Shown here piece by piece: positions 9,479-20,476 of a stretch of DNA of 64,000 nt. The DNA is from an uncultured Candidatus Saccharibacteria bacterium (GTDB lineage: Bacteria > Patescibacteriota > Saccharimonadia > Saccharimonadales > JAGQNJ01). Every line of letters starts with the position of its first letter. The first letter of the stretch is position 1. Position numbers and translations under genes: made by a program. The DNA lies in contig CAYRSA010000001.1 of assembly GCA_964426845.1 (NCBI GenBank), forward strand, positions 43,237 through 107,236, written 5' to 3'. The notes beneath the pieces were generated by a model. It saw only the letters and a list, made by a program, of their open reading frames with translations. It was not told the DNA's origin and searched no databases.

Positions 9479-10519
9479 CTACTGGACTATGACAACTGGT
9501 AGAGCTTCGCCTCCGCCCTGTTCTTCAGCAGTCAGCTGTTTGCCAACACCCAGGTTGAAAAGGATCGCACCCATGACTTTGCGAGCGGCCTCGGTCTCTG
9601 TTCGACCTTGTTGCTCAAAGGACTCGAAGACAGCGTCTTTATAGAGCTTAATGGAGGCCACAAATGCTTCAACCGGTTGGCCGTCTGGTCCTTGGAAATC
9701 GCGCATAAAGGCTCCTTCATCGAAAGCCGAATCAGAAGCATCAACTACAACAACTTTTTCACTGTGATCCTCAATAAGTTCCTCATATTCGGCACCATGC
9801 TCAGTAGCAATTTCAATAATACCTTCAACAGGCACATCAAATAAAGCTTTGTTCTTGGCGTTGTGGCCACCACGATTAATTAGCTCCGACACTTCTGCTT
9901 CCTTGAGGTGGTCATGAAGGCCAACTAAGCCACCAACAGTCCAGGCTTTAGGCGCTACCACTGCTTTGTTGCGAACATTGGCTTTGAAAACTTCACCAGA
10001 AGCAAGCTGGCCAGCCGCTCCACAACCGCCGGCACCTTTATTATCATCACCATGCACAACGACTGGTCGGCCTTCGCCAATAATATTGACCACGTTCTGT
10101 TTGACCAGCAGGCTTACTGGTTGGTCATCATACAGCATCATGTCTGAGGCTGCACTAGTAATAGCTTCTCCGCCGGCAGTCTGAGGGTCAGCAAAGCCTT
10201 CCGTGAGCTGTAATCCACCTTCAGGGACGCGACCATCAATGCAACGAAACCGATTTGTCGGTTTACGTCGATATTCTGGACGAGCTACAGCTTGGACAAC
10301 TTCAGTTTTTCGGAGCTCTGGTATATCGGCGGCGCCAATAGCCCCAGCATTACCAGGCCCTAGGTCAGTTACGGCAATAATATTTACTTCTGGCACGATG
10401 AGTTTCTCCTGATTAGCTAACCTTTGGGCAATTTTAATTTGAGGGTCAAATTCCACACGGCTTCCTTGTTTATATTGTGATTTATGTAATTGTTTGTTAG
10501 TGACATTAGTCACAGTCAA
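9479..10519 (-). CDS. hypothetical protein (346 aa) with CxDxR ... H-x9-CG motifs
   Basis: long ORF, no overlap conflict; RCIDGR and VVHGDDNKGAGGCGA about 63 aa apart (see finding). Confidence 0.6.
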   Translation of the reverse strand: MTVTNVTNKQLHKSQYKQGSRVEFDPQIKIAQRLANQEKLIVPEVNIIAVTDLGPGNAGAIGAADIPELRKTEVVQAVARPEYRRKPTNRFRCIDGRVPEGGLQLTEGFADPQTAGGEAITSAASDMMLYDDQPVSLLVKQNVVNIIGEGRPVVVHGDDNKGAGGCGAAGQLASGEVFKANVRNKAVVAPKAWTVGGLVGLHDHLKEAEVSELINRGGHNAKNKALFDVPVEGIIEIATEHGAEYEELIEDHSEKVVVVDASDSAFDEGAFMRDFQGPDGQPVEAFVASIKLYKDAVFESFEQQGRTETEAARKVMGAILFNLGVGKQLTAEEQGGGEALPVVIVQ

Positions 10520-10575
10520 CAGAGGTCAATTGTACAGATGCAAATACACATGTCAAGTATAAATTTTAGATTTTG

Positions 10576-11001
10576 TTAGTGCCGTTTGCGACGCTTGAGT
10601 TCGGCGACCTTCAGGCGCACAGCTGAGCGGTCTAGCAGGCTTTGAGCCTTGTCCAGCGATACTTGGTCCTTGGCGCTCTTGCGTAGCTCCAGGGCCTCCT
10701 GATGAGCTTTCTCGGCCTCTTTTTCGTTGATCTCGTCAGAGGAATCAGCTTCGTCGACCAAAACTCGAACTTTATTATCAGTAATCTCGATGATACCGCC
10801 ATTAGTGGCGTAAACTTTCATAAAATCATCTGGGTCACCAGCTTTGACCCGAACCTTGATAATGCCCGGAGTGGCAATGGTTACCAGGGGCATGTGGTCT
10901 GGGAAGACTGCAATCTGACCTTCAGGTGTCGGTAAAACCACCTCGTGGACATTATCGCCGAACTTAGTGCCGGATAGGGTGACTAGGGAAAAGTGAATCA
11001 T
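10576..11001 (-). CDS. atpC: F1 ATP synthase epsilon subunit
   Basis: 141 aa; beta-sandwich N-domain plus helical C-domain; last gene of the atp operon. Confidence 0.9.
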   Translation of the reverse strand: MIHFSLVTLSGTKFGDNVHEVVLPTPEGQIAVFPDHMPLVTIATPGIIKVRVKAGDPDDFMKVYATNGGIIEITDNKVRVLVDEADSSDEINEKEAEKAHQEALELRKSAKDQVSLDKAQSLLDRSAVRLKVAELKRRKRH

Positions 11002-11281
11002 AGTTGATCTTCTGGGGGTAGTCTGTATTGCTCTTCAACGAAGTCGAGGGCTCGTCTTTGGTCATCTGCAACCGGTGGAACTTGCTGGCCGAGCCCAGGA
11101 CCTTGAGGTATAGCTGGATCATCCGCTAGTGCGTCGGCAATCTCCGTGAAAGCCTCTAGCTCATTGTCGGATACTTGGTCACGGCCATCTTCCTTACCAG
11201 GACCTTCAAGCGGGCCTTCTATATACTGGGGCGCATCGGGCCCTAAATACGGTTTTGGCTTCCAGTCAATTGGTTCTGGCA

Positions 11282-11282
<1 letters not shown>
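10998..11282 (-). CDS. small acidic Pro/Gly-rich ORF (94 aa) inserted between atpD and atpC
   Basis: start overlaps atpD stop (TAATG); stop overlaps atpC start (ATGA); no recognisable domain. Confidence 0.6.
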
Positions 11283-12667
<1,385 letters not shown>

Positions 12668-13015
12668 TTATTCTCCTTTATACCTGGGTTCTTGATACGA
12701 TTTTACTTTGTCATCTAGTCTACGTAGCTTGGCTATGTACTTAATTCTTGCTTCGGGTGTCCGGTGACTGCCCTTGTATACGCAGTCCCTGGCAATCATT
12801 TGTTGGGCAGATCCCAGATGCCGCCAAATTCCATGTGGCGACGGACAGCCAATCTGACTGTCGATATACGCCTGACTGGCCATTGCTAAATCGGCAACTT
12901 GCTGGGCTGTAACACTCTGTTGAGCCAGTCGGACATCTCTTACTCCTCCCCTGTAGAGAGCATCGCTATCTACTACTGTTGGGGGGTACTCAAATGCTTC
13001 GGTAGGCAGCGTCAT
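12668..13015 (-). CDS. ORF (115 aa) inserted between atpG and atpD
   Basis: stop abuts atpD start (TAAATG), and the atpD SD lies inside its 3' end; contains CPSPHGIWRH...C..GSH Cys/His cluster. Confidence 0.6.
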   Translation of the reverse strand: MTLPTEAFEYPPTVVDSDALYRGGVRDVRLAQQSVTAQQVADLAMASQAYIDSQIGCPSPHGIWRHLGSAQQMIARDCVYKGSHRTPEARIKYIAKLRRLDDKVKSYQEPRYKGE

Positions 13016-13017
13016 GT

Positions 13018-13251
13018 TTAGGCATCCTCCCCAGGCAGTTGTTCTGCGGGTTCGTCTGTGTCTGGGATAGGAAAAATATCTCCACTAAAACCAGCTTCGC
13101 CCTTTAATACTGCCTGTCCGTAGGCGCTGTTGGCGCCTGGATATTCTACGACTTCATCATCAATCATAGGGACACCGCGATCTGACCTCGTTGACGTCTC
13201 GCCGAATTCGGCACCCATTAATGACTTGTTTTCTCCAAACATTCCACTCAT
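13018..13251 (-). CDS. small acidic ORF (77 aa) inserted after atpG
   Basis: start overlaps atpG stop (ATGA); stop 2 nt before next ORF start. Confidence 0.55.
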   Translation of the reverse strand: MSGMFGENKSLMGAEFGETSTRSDRGVPMIDDEVVEYPGANSAYGQAVLKGEAGFSGDIFPIPDTDEPAEQLPGEDA

Positions 13252-14114
13252 TTCATGGCCTCCGCTCCACCGGTTATTTCTGCTAATTCCTGGGTAATGG
13301 CTGCTTGCCTAGCTGTATTAAACGCTAGTGTGAGGTCATCGACAAGCTCATTAGCGTTGTCGGTGGCGTTTTTCATAGCCATCATGCGCATCGATTGCTC
13401 GCTGGCCTGAGACTCATAAAAGATTTGGGATAGCTGAGATTCGATCAGTCGCATGGTTACGGTCTCTAGGACTTTCTCAGGTGAAGGCTCAAAATCGGCA
13501 GTTTCTAGGTCATGCGAAATTGGTTGAGCCGTAAAGGCGGCCGGCAAGACGCGCTGGACTTTGACTACTTGAGTGATACTCGATTGATAATCAGTGAAAA
13601 TAGCATCAACAGCATCGACTTTCTTCTTTTCGAATAGCTCAGTAATGGTTTGAAGAATTGGGGCGATATCATTGGCGTTCGGCTTTTCCGGGAAGTCGTT
13701 ATAAGAAGCCAGGACATCGACATCTTGCAGTCTAGACACAAAGCGAGCGGCTTGCTTGCCGACAATAATCAATTGGGCCGCCACTTTGTCGGCTTTGTCA
13801 ACTTGTAAGCTCTTAGTCAATTGGCGCAGGACGTTGCTGTTGTAGGCTCCGGCCAGACCACGGTCACTAGTAACCACAATGTAGACTTTGCTTTTGACAG
13901 TTCTTTGCACAAATAGGGGATGCTTGTTGACATTGGTCAGTTCGCGCAAGCGAGTCAGGATTTCGCCGGCTAAACGAGCATAGTCACGAGTCCGCAGAGT
14001 CTGCTCCTGGGCCCGGCGCATCTTAGAGGCCGCCACCAACTCCATAGCCTTAGTAATCTGCTTGGTATTCTTGACACTGGTAATCCGTCGCTTGAGCGCA
14101 GTGGTATTAGCCAT
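13248..14114 (-). CDS. atpG: F1 ATP synthase gamma subunit
   Basis: 288 aa; typical N- and C-terminal helices (MANTTALKRRI...ITQELAEITGGAEA). Confidence 0.95.
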   Translation of the reverse strand: MANTTALKRRITSVKNTKQITKAMELVAASKMRRAQEQTLRTRDYARLAGEILTRLRELTNVNKHPLFVQRTVKSKVYIVVTSDRGLAGAYNSNVLRQLTKSLQVDKADKVAAQLIIVGKQAARFVSRLQDVDVLASYNDFPEKPNANDIAPILQTITELFEKKKVDAVDAIFTDYQSSITQVVKVQRVLPAAFTAQPISHDLETADFEPSPEKVLETVTMRLIESQLSQIFYESQASEQSMRMMAMKNATDNANELVDDLTLAFNTARQAAITQELAEITGGAEAMK

Positions 14115-14117
14115 GTC

Positions 14118-14396
14118 TTACACATCCTCCAAGCCGGTTTCTGGCATACCTGCAGCGAACATTGACAAGCATTGATGAACAGCCAGACCCGCAAAGCCCA
14201 CTGTTGGCACTAACTTGCGCAGTCCTGGATCAAGTCCAATCGATACTGCAATGTCATGGGCTTGATCAGTACTAGCCCCAAATGCAATAGCCGCAGCAAA
14301 ACCATCACCTGCCTGGGCATCGCGTAACTCGCGGAACTTAGAGCTGGCCATAACTTCCCGGGCAAAAAATATCTCTTGGTCAGTTAGTCTAATCAT
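14118..14396 (-). CDS. ORF (92 aa) inserted between atpA and atpG
   Basis: start overlaps upstream ORF stop (ATGA); stop 3 nt before atpG ATG, and the atpG SD GGAGGA lies inside its 3' end. Confidence 0.6.
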   Translation of the reverse strand: MIRLTDQEIFFAREVMASSKFRELRDAQAGDGFAAAIAFGASTDQAHDIAVSIGLDPGLRKLVPTVGFAGLAVHQCLSMFAAGMPETGLEDV

Positions 14397-14629
14397 TCCT
14401 GCCTCGCTTCTCCTACGCCTTGACGAGCCTTTTCCAAGCCCCTCAAAAAAGCTACATCTTGAACTTGGTCGACTTCCAATGCTTGCGCTGCCAGAGTCGA
14501 CTGACTAGTCGTACGCTCAATGGCAGTTATTACGCCGACACTGACTCGGTTGCTGTAGCTACGGCGGGGGACAAACACATTAACTTCGTGTAGTAGCTCT
14601 CTGTTGAGTTCAAATTTAACTTCTGGCAT
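14393..14629 (-). CDS. ORF (78 aa) inserted directly after atpA
   Basis: start overlaps atpA stop (TAATG); no recognisable domain. Confidence 0.55.
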   Translation of the reverse strand: MPEVKFELNRELLHEVNVFVPRRSYSNRVSVGVITAIERTTSQSTLAAQALEVDQVQDVAFLRGLEKARQGVGEARQE

Positions 14630-16164
14630 TACTTCTCCTGATATTCCTTAGCTACTTGTTTGGCAACTTTTAGGATTAGGTCTTTGACTTTGTCATCTGG
14701 CTTGTCGCCCTTGTCTAATTGGGTCATTTCTTTCTTATGTTGAGACTTTAGAGCATTAAGTACGGCGTCTTGAGCTTTCTTAATGCTAGCCACTGGCACA
14801 CTGTCAAACACGCCTTCGTTGGCGGCCAACAACAAGGCGGTTTGTTGCCAAACAGCCAGTGGAGAGTACTGAGGTTGTTTCAGTAATTCAGTTAAGCGCT
14901 GGCCGCGCTCAATGGCTTGTTTGGTCTCGGGGTCTAGGTCGGTCGAGAACTGCGAGAAAGCCGCTAGTTCACGGAACTGGGCCAAGCTTAGGCGCAGGTT
15001 GCCGGCCACTGACTTAACAGCCTTGGTCTGAGCCGAACCACCAACACGGGACACCGACAGACCAACCGAAATGGCTGGGCGTATGCCTTGGTAGAACAGG
15101 GAAGTCTCTAGGAAAATTTGACCGTCGGTGATGGAAATCACGTTGGTTGGCACATAGGCGCTGATGTCACCGGCTTGAGTCTCGATGATAGGCAAGGCGG
15201 TCAACGAACCGCCGCCAAGTTTGTCGGACAGTTTAGCCGAACGCTCCAATAGGCGAGAGTGTAGGTAGAAGACGTCACCCGGGTAGGCTTCGCGGCCAGG
15301 TGGGCGACGAAGTAGCAAGGACATCTGGCGGTAGGCCGTGGCGTGCTTGGATAAATCGTCGTAGATGATTAAAGCGTGCTGAGCATTATCGCGGAAGTAT
15401 TCACCCATGGCTGTACCGGCGTAAGGAGCCAGGTACTGCAAGCTGGCTGGATCAGAGGCACTTGTGGCCACAATAATCGATTGGTCCATCACGCCTTCGC
15501 GTTTCAAACGTTCGGCTAGACGAGCCACCTTAGACAACTTCTGGCCAATAGCTACGTATATATTCACTACGCCGGTGCCTTGCTTGTGCTGGTTGATCAT
15601 AGTGTCGACAGCTACGGCGGTTTTACCAGTTTGGCGGTCACCGATAATTAGCTCGCGCTGGCCACGGCCGATAGGCACCATGGCATCAATAGCCATTAGG
15701 CCAGTCATCAAAGGCTCATGAACAGATTTGCGGTCCAGGACGCCCGGAGCCGGTCGTTCAATCGGACTGGTCGACTTAGTTTTAATCGCGCCCTTGTTGT
15801 CCAGAGGATTTCCCAGCGGGTCGACTACTCGGCCGACTAGTTCTGGTCCAACTGGCACTTCCAAGATGCGACCGGTAAGGCGAACTTTGGCGCCGGCCCT
15901 AATGTTGGTATCGTCACCCAGAATCACGGCGCCGATTTCGTCTTCCATTAAGTTCAAGGCAAAAGCTGGCACTACGCCGCCGTCATTGGCGTCAATTTCA
16001 ATCATTTCCGAATAACCGGTGTTAAACAGACCGTAAATCCAAGCCACACCGTCGCCGACTCGGGTAACAACGCCAACTTTTTCGACGTTGGGGCTGGTTT
16101 TTAGAGCCTCTATCGCGGCTTTTACGTCACTGCTTAGTTCTTTTACGTTCAAATCCTTCATCAT
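14629..16164 (-). CDS. atpA: F1 ATP synthase alpha subunit
   Basis: 511 aa; GDRQTGKT Walker A; full length. Confidence 0.97.
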   Translation of the reverse strand: MMKDLNVKELSSDVKAAIEALKTSPNVEKVGVVTRVGDGVAWIYGLFNTGYSEMIEIDANDGGVVPAFALNLMEDEIGAVILGDDTNIRAGAKVRLTGRILEVPVGPELVGRVVDPLGNPLDNKGAIKTKSTSPIERPAPGVLDRKSVHEPLMTGLMAIDAMVPIGRGQRELIIGDRQTGKTAVAVDTMINQHKQGTGVVNIYVAIGQKLSKVARLAERLKREGVMDQSIIVATSASDPASLQYLAPYAGTAMGEYFRDNAQHALIIYDDLSKHATAYRQMSLLLRRPPGREAYPGDVFYLHSRLLERSAKLSDKLGGGSLTALPIIETQAGDISAYVPTNVISITDGQIFLETSLFYQGIRPAISVGLSVSRVGGSAQTKAVKSVAGNLRLSLAQFRELAAFSQFSTDLDPETKQAIERGQRLTELLKQPQYSPLAVWQQTALLLAANEGVFDSVPVASIKKAQDAVLNALKSQHKKEMTQLDKGDKPDDKVKDLILKVAKQVAKEYQEK

Positions 16165-16170
16165 TCTCCT

Positions 16171-16551
16171 TTATCTGCTAGCCGCTTTTAGCTGGTTTAA
16201 TCGGTTGCGTACGGTTAGGTCCAGCAATTCTTCGCTGGTTTCCAAGCGCACACCACCGAGTAACTCAGGGTCGACGACTTCGTTAATTATTAACTGTTTA
16301 CGGCCCATCAGGGACTTTATGGCCTTACGCGCACCGTCATTCAGTTTAAAAGCACTGGTGGCGGTCACTTCAGTCACATTGTCTTGCTTTTCCCGCAACC
16401 GAGCCACTTCGCGCATAACCGCGTCCAGCTCGCCAGTCCGGCGGCTCTCCACCAGGTAAGCCGCGATCGTCTCGGTCAGTTTCTTTTCAGAAACTTTGCT
16501 GGACAACTTCAAGATAGCTTCGGCTAGTTGTTGGCGGGAAGGGGCAGACAC
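16171..16551 (-). CDS. atpH: ATP synthase delta (OSCP) subunit, short form
   Basis: 126 aa; C-terminal DPELLGGVRLE...LDLTVRNRLNQL matches the delta C-domain; N-terminal part much shorter than the usual ~180 aa. Confidence 0.75.
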   Translation of the reverse strand: MSAPSRQQLAEAILKLSSKVSEKKLTETIAAYLVESRRTGELDAVMREVARLREKQDNVTEVTATSAFKLNDGARKAIKSLMGRKQLIINEVVDPELLGGVRLETSEELLDLTVRNRLNQLKAASR

Positions 16552-17099
16552 TAGGCTTTGCTCCCGACTCGAGCGAAGGCCCGCTTGATCAGAGATTCAT
16601 CTTTCTTAGCATCCAATTTCTCTTCGATAATAACTTCCGTAGCCTCGGCTACAAGAGCACGCATTTCTTGCTCTAAGCTCTTGCGGGCGGCGGCGATGTC
16701 GTCATCAATCTTGCCACGAGCATCAGCTAGAATGGCATCAGCTTTGCGACCGGCGGCTTCTTCGGCAGCCTTGATAATCTCGGCTGACTCCTTTTGGCCG
16801 CCAACGATAATTTCGTCAGCACTAACTCGAGCTTTACGCAACATCTCTTCGACTTTGTTGTCAAGTTGCTCTTTCTCGGCCTCCATCTCACGGCCCAGTC
16901 GCACACCGTCATCAATGGTCTTGCGACGCTTTTCCAGAGTCTGGACAATACCGTCCAGGGCAAACTTCTTGATAATAAAGAACAGCACCAAGAATGTAGC
17001 GGCTTGAGCCAGAATAGCCAACGGGTCGATACCCAATGCGCCAATACCCGAAACCTCTTCGGTAGCGCCAAAATTGGTTAATAAACTCAGTATCTCCAT
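16551..17099 (-). CDS. atpF: Fo ATP synthase b subunit
   Basis: 182 aa; one N-terminal TM then long charged coiled coil. Confidence 0.9.
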   Translation of the reverse strand: MEILSLLTNFGATEEVSGIGALGIDPLAILAQAATFLVLFFIIKKFALDGIVQTLEKRRKTIDDGVRLGREMEAEKEQLDNKVEEMLRKARVSADEIIVGGQKESAEIIKAAEEAAGRKADAILADARGKIDDDIAAARKSLEQEMRALVAEATEVIIEEKLDAKKDESLIKRAFARVGSKA

Positions 17100-17174
17100 G
17101 TTCTCCTTAGAATTATATCATCTTATCTGTTGTACGAGCTAAGCGGCGGGGCCTTAAGGCCCCGCTCAAATTAA

Positions 17175-17438
17175 CTATCCAAGCAAGAAGGCACCCAGAA
17201 GGAATGCCAACAGCGCGGTAACCTCGACCATGGCCGCGATAATCACGACCTGGCCAGCAGCCTTACCAGCTTCAGGGTTGCGACCCAAAGCTTTCATGTA
17301 GGCTGAGCCGATCCAACCAAGACCGATAGCGGCAGCTGACAAAGCAGCTCCCAGCATCAAAGCCTTAGCCATAGTTACGTCGGCAGCAACGGCTGCTTCA
17401 GACGCAGCTTCAGCTGCAAATGTTGTTAGTGGACCCAT
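17175..17438 (-). CDS. atpE: Fo ATP synthase c subunit
   Basis: 87 aa; hairpin of two TM helices, ALGRNPE loop, carboxylate in AMVEVTALLAF. Confidence 0.92.
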   Translation of the reverse strand: MGPLTTFAAEAASEAAVAADVTMAKALMLGAALSAAAIGLGWIGSAYMKALGRNPEAGKAAGQVVIIAAMVEVTALLAFLLGAFLLG

Positions 17439-17507
17439 ATTTCTCCTTTGCCGTGCGCCCTTTTTACGGGGAACCCGGGCTTAAATTTTACCTTATATGT
17501 CCTTTTA

Positions 17508-18359
17508 TCATGTAGTGCCAGCCTCGACCTTTTTGGCTGTCATCGTTTCATGAACGTCTTCATGGCCATGATCTTCAGCGTGGGCGATGGCCAAGCCCAG
17601 GTAGGTTGCAGTCAAAACAGTAAATACGTAGGCCTGAATACCGGCCACTAGGATCTCAAACATAATAATTGGAATAACGGCCAGCGGTGTTCGGCCGTTG
17701 GAAATAACCAGGGAAGTGAAGACCGCCACCAAAATCTCGCCGACGGCAGTGTTTAGGAACAGTCTTAAGCTTAGGCTCAAAATTCTAGTAAACTCACCGA
17801 AGACTTCCAGCAGGCCGATAAACATATTCAAAGGATTAAGTGGCTTGTTAGTGAAGTAGTGTTGCAGGTGTTTCTTGCCACCCTGAGCTTTGATAGACAG
17901 AATTTGCACGAATACGATAGCGGTTACGGCCATAGCGATGGTGCCGTTAAGGTCGGCGGTGAAGGGACGGAGGAGAGGGACGTGCTCGCCGGCATAGACA
18001 ACACTGACCTGCGGGCCGACTACCGGCAAAAGCCCCAGGGTGTTATTCAGTAAGATAAACATAAAGAACGTCCCGAAGATTGGTGCATACTGAACAGCTT
18101 TGGCTCGAGAACCGAAGACACCTTCCAGCATGTTTAGGACATATTCAATGATAACTTCAATAATCTGACCCCAGCCTTTACGGGGCTCAACCTTAATCCG
18201 TCGTCGAGCGGCAATCATAATTACAGAGATCAGCACGGCGCAAATCAGACCGTAGATCATGGCGTTAGTAACCTTCAAAGGTCCGAGGGTGGTAACTTGC
18301 TCGGCCCGCAGGCTGACATGAATATCGGATTCTGCAAACCGCAAAAAAGAGCCTAACAT
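17508..18359 (-). CDS. atpB: Fo ATP synthase a subunit
   Basis: 283 aa; polytopic; conserved LSLRLFLN Arg motif. Confidence 0.92.
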   Translation of the reverse strand: MLGSFLRFAESDIHVSLRAEQVTTLGPLKVTNAMIYGLICAVLISVIMIAARRRIKVEPRKGWGQIIEVIIEYVLNMLEGVFGSRAKAVQYAPIFGTFFMFILLNNTLGLLPVVGPQVSVVYAGEHVPLLRPFTADLNGTIAMAVTAIVFVQILSIKAQGGKKHLQHYFTNKPLNPLNMFIGLLEVFGEFTRILSLSLRLFLNTAVGEILVAVFTSLVISNGRTPLAVIPIIMFEILVAGIQAYVFTVLTATYLGLAIAHAEDHGHEDVHETMTAKKVEAGTT

Positions 18360-18478
18360 ATTCGGCTCCTGGCACCCTTACGAGTTGTCGTCATGACGAT
18401 GGCGGCAGCTTTACTCATTTACTTCCCGAACTATAGCAAATACCACCCCTGTGCGCAAGCCTACAAATCTAAGCCTGT

Positions 18479-18883
18479 TTAGCCTTGGACTGACTGGTGA
18501 TTGAGAAGGTCAAGCTGTACACCTTCGCCAGAAGATAGTCTACTTATAACTTCAGTTCGAACACGCTCTCGACGCTCTGCCTCGTGAGCCCCATAGAGCA
18601 TGGTCACACCACTAGCAGTCAGCAAACCGCCTGCAACTACACAATCTTCTATAAGCTCGACAGTAGATTCGTACAAATGCGCCTCAGTATCTAGTTTGTC
18701 AGCCGCCAACCACACGGCTCCGGTTAGCAGCATAGTGGCTCCAGGCACTACAGCACCGCATCCAAGCCCTTGCATAACGCGTTTGACCCACTTATTCTGC
18801 TTTGCTGACTTTTCCAGGTCTGCCCGAGAATCTAGAGCCAGCTGTTCGTAACCAAATCGGTTGATCATATTAGTATTATACAT
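18479..18883 (-). CDS. hypothetical membrane protein (134 aa) upstream of the atp operon
   Basis: two hydrophobic segments; at the position usually held by atpI but no recognisable similarity. Confidence 0.5.
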   Translation of the reverse strand: MYNTNMINRFGYEQLALDSRADLEKSAKQNKWVKRVMQGLGCGAVVPGATMLLTGAVWLAADKLDTEAHLYESTVELIEDCVVAGGLLTASGVTMLYGAHEAERRERVRTEVISRLSSGEGVQLDLLNHQSVQG

Positions 18884-18951
18884 GGTGTTACTAGTTTTGT
18901 CAATGTTATAAGTCGTTTATTGCGGTTTGTGATAGGTGATATAATAGACAT

Positions 18952-19128
18952 ATGTACTTTGCGCATATAATTGGCGAACACCACCACGAGAGTTTCCTGA
19001 CCGGAGTCATGCATGCCATCTTCAGCTGGACGGGGCTAATCATCTCCATCATCGTCTCACTTATCATCGGTCAAGCCATTTATCTGCATTTTCGTAAAAA
19101 AACCGCTAAGGAGCAAATCAAAAAATGA
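18952..19128 (+). CDS. small His-rich membrane protein (58 aa)
   Basis: MYFAHIIGEHHHESF...TM...HFRKKTAKEQIKK; TATAAT 6 nt before ATG; stop overlaps next start (ATGA); below ORF-track cutoff. Confidence 0.45.
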   Translation: MYFAHIIGEHHHESFLTGVMHAIFSWTGLIISIIVSLIIGQAIYLHFRKKTAKEQIKK

Positions 19129-19355
19129 TAACTGTCTACACAACCCCAACCTGCGCATTCTGTAAAGCTGTCAAAGCCTACCTAACCGACAAGAAAAAAG
19201 AATTCAAAGTGGTTGATCTGACCGAAGATCCCGAGGCCGCCCAATGGGTCTTACAGAACACAGGTCAACTGGCCGTACCGGTAACCCGTTTTGAAGATGA
19301 CACTATTGTGGTCGGTTTCGACCGTCCCCGACTAGAAGCCGCTCTGGCCAAGTAA
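19125..19355 (+). CDS. glutaredoxin/NrdH-like thiol-disulfide protein
   Basis: 76 aa; CAFC redox motif at the N-terminus of a thioredoxin fold. Confidence 0.85.
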   Translation: MITVYTTPTCAFCKAVKAYLTDKKKEFKVVDLTEDPEAAQWVLQNTGQLAVPVTRFEDDTIVVGFDRPRLEAALAK

Positions 19356-19451
19356 TCACAACCGGTTGTGATTAATATCACACGCTAGATGTGGGGTATT
19401 CAGTCGCCACCATAACGCTAGCAATAGTATTATGGGAGATAGGAGATAGAT

Positions 19452-19883
19452 ATGGCCCAGAAACCACAATATCCTTTCGTCGAATCACTAGCCGAACTAG
19501 CCGGGCCGGTACCGGCCGAATTGCCTCGTGATATCTATGAACTCGACAGCCTACTGACAGGCGACCGAAGTCTTGAGCGAATGCGAAGGGCCTATCCGCC
19601 CATGCTTTTCGAACATGCCATAGAACCGGTCTATCCCGGAGCTTACTTTGAAATTGCCAGCGTCCTTGATGCCATGCAGCTGGGCTCGGCGGCCTTGGCT
19701 GAAGATTTTCCTGAGGATAGTTTATTGGAAACCGTATTAGCTCGTTTTGATGAGTTCGTTCAAGATCATCACGGCATCGTATTAGAAAGGCAAGTTGACG
19801 CCACTAAGAATTTTGGCCGGCTGGCCACGGCCACGGCTCGCAAGCTGGGTGGCGTCTACCCAACCCTCAAGCACAGCGCCTAA
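19452..19883 (+). CDS. hypothetical protein (143 aa)
   Basis: ORF with SD AGGAGA upstream; no domain recognised. Confidence 0.5.
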   Translation: MAQKPQYPFVESLAELAGPVPAELPRDIYELDSLLTGDRSLERMRRAYPPMLFEHAIEPVYPGAYFEIASVLDAMQLGSAALAEDFPEDSLLETVLARFDEFVQDHHGIVLERQVDATKNFGRLATATARKLGGVYPTLKHSA

Positions 19884-19903
19884 ATTTCATGTAAGATATT
19901 GGT

Positions 19904-20476
19904 ATGGTTTTTGAGGATTATAAACAAAAAGACGCCGTAGTGGTGGTTTACACCGGCGAGGGCAAGGGCAAGACCAGCGCCAGCATGGGACTAATGACCC
20001 GGGCCCTGGGCAATGGCTGGAAAGTGGCCTTTATTCAGTTCATCAAGCACTGGGACGTCGGCGAACACGCCTTTATTCATAAGGTTCAACCGTTGTTCGG
20101 CAAAGATTTGTATTTTGTTAAAGGCGGCAAGGGTTTTTACAAAGCCCCCGAAGGCCTGGGTGAAGAGGGTGTAACCGAAGCCGACCATAAAAAGGCCGCA
20201 CGCGATACTTATGATGAGGCTTACAAAGCCGCCACCTCCGGCAAGTTCGATTTAGTCATCTGCGACGAAATTAACAATGCCGTCCAGAATAAGCTTATCA
20301 CCGTCAAAGATCTGGAGAAATTAATGAAAGATCGCAATCCTAAGACAAGCCTATGTCTAACAGGACGCAACTTCCCAGAAGAACTACTGTCACTGGCTGA
20401 CATCGCCACCAACATGACTAAGATCAAGCATCACTTCGACGATAAGTACCTGGCCAACAAGGGTATCGACTACTAG
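19904..20476 (+). CDS. cob(I)yrinic acid a,c-diamide adenosyltransferase (CobA/CobO/BtuR family)
   Basis: 190 aa; VYTGEGKGKTSASMGLMTRALGNGWKVAFIQFIK and CDEIN motifs typical of the family. Confidence 0.8.
   Translation: MVFEDYKQKDAVVVVYTGEGKGKTSASMGLMTRALGNGWKVAFIQFIKHWDVGEHAFIHKVQPLFGKDLYFVKGGKGFYKAPEGLGEEGVTEADHKKAARDTYDEAYKAATSGKFDLVICDEINNAVQNKLITVKDLEKLMKDRNPKTSLCLTGRNFPEELLSLADIATNMTKIKHHFDDKYLANKGIDY

Noticed and set aside
18360-18478. 21-codon ORF (MSKAAAIVMTTTRKGARSRIC) overlapping the atpB start, considered as a possible atpI/AtpZ remnant
   Set aside because: It is very short, has no membrane segment, and has no convincing RBS. The region is more simply the atpB promoter and SD.
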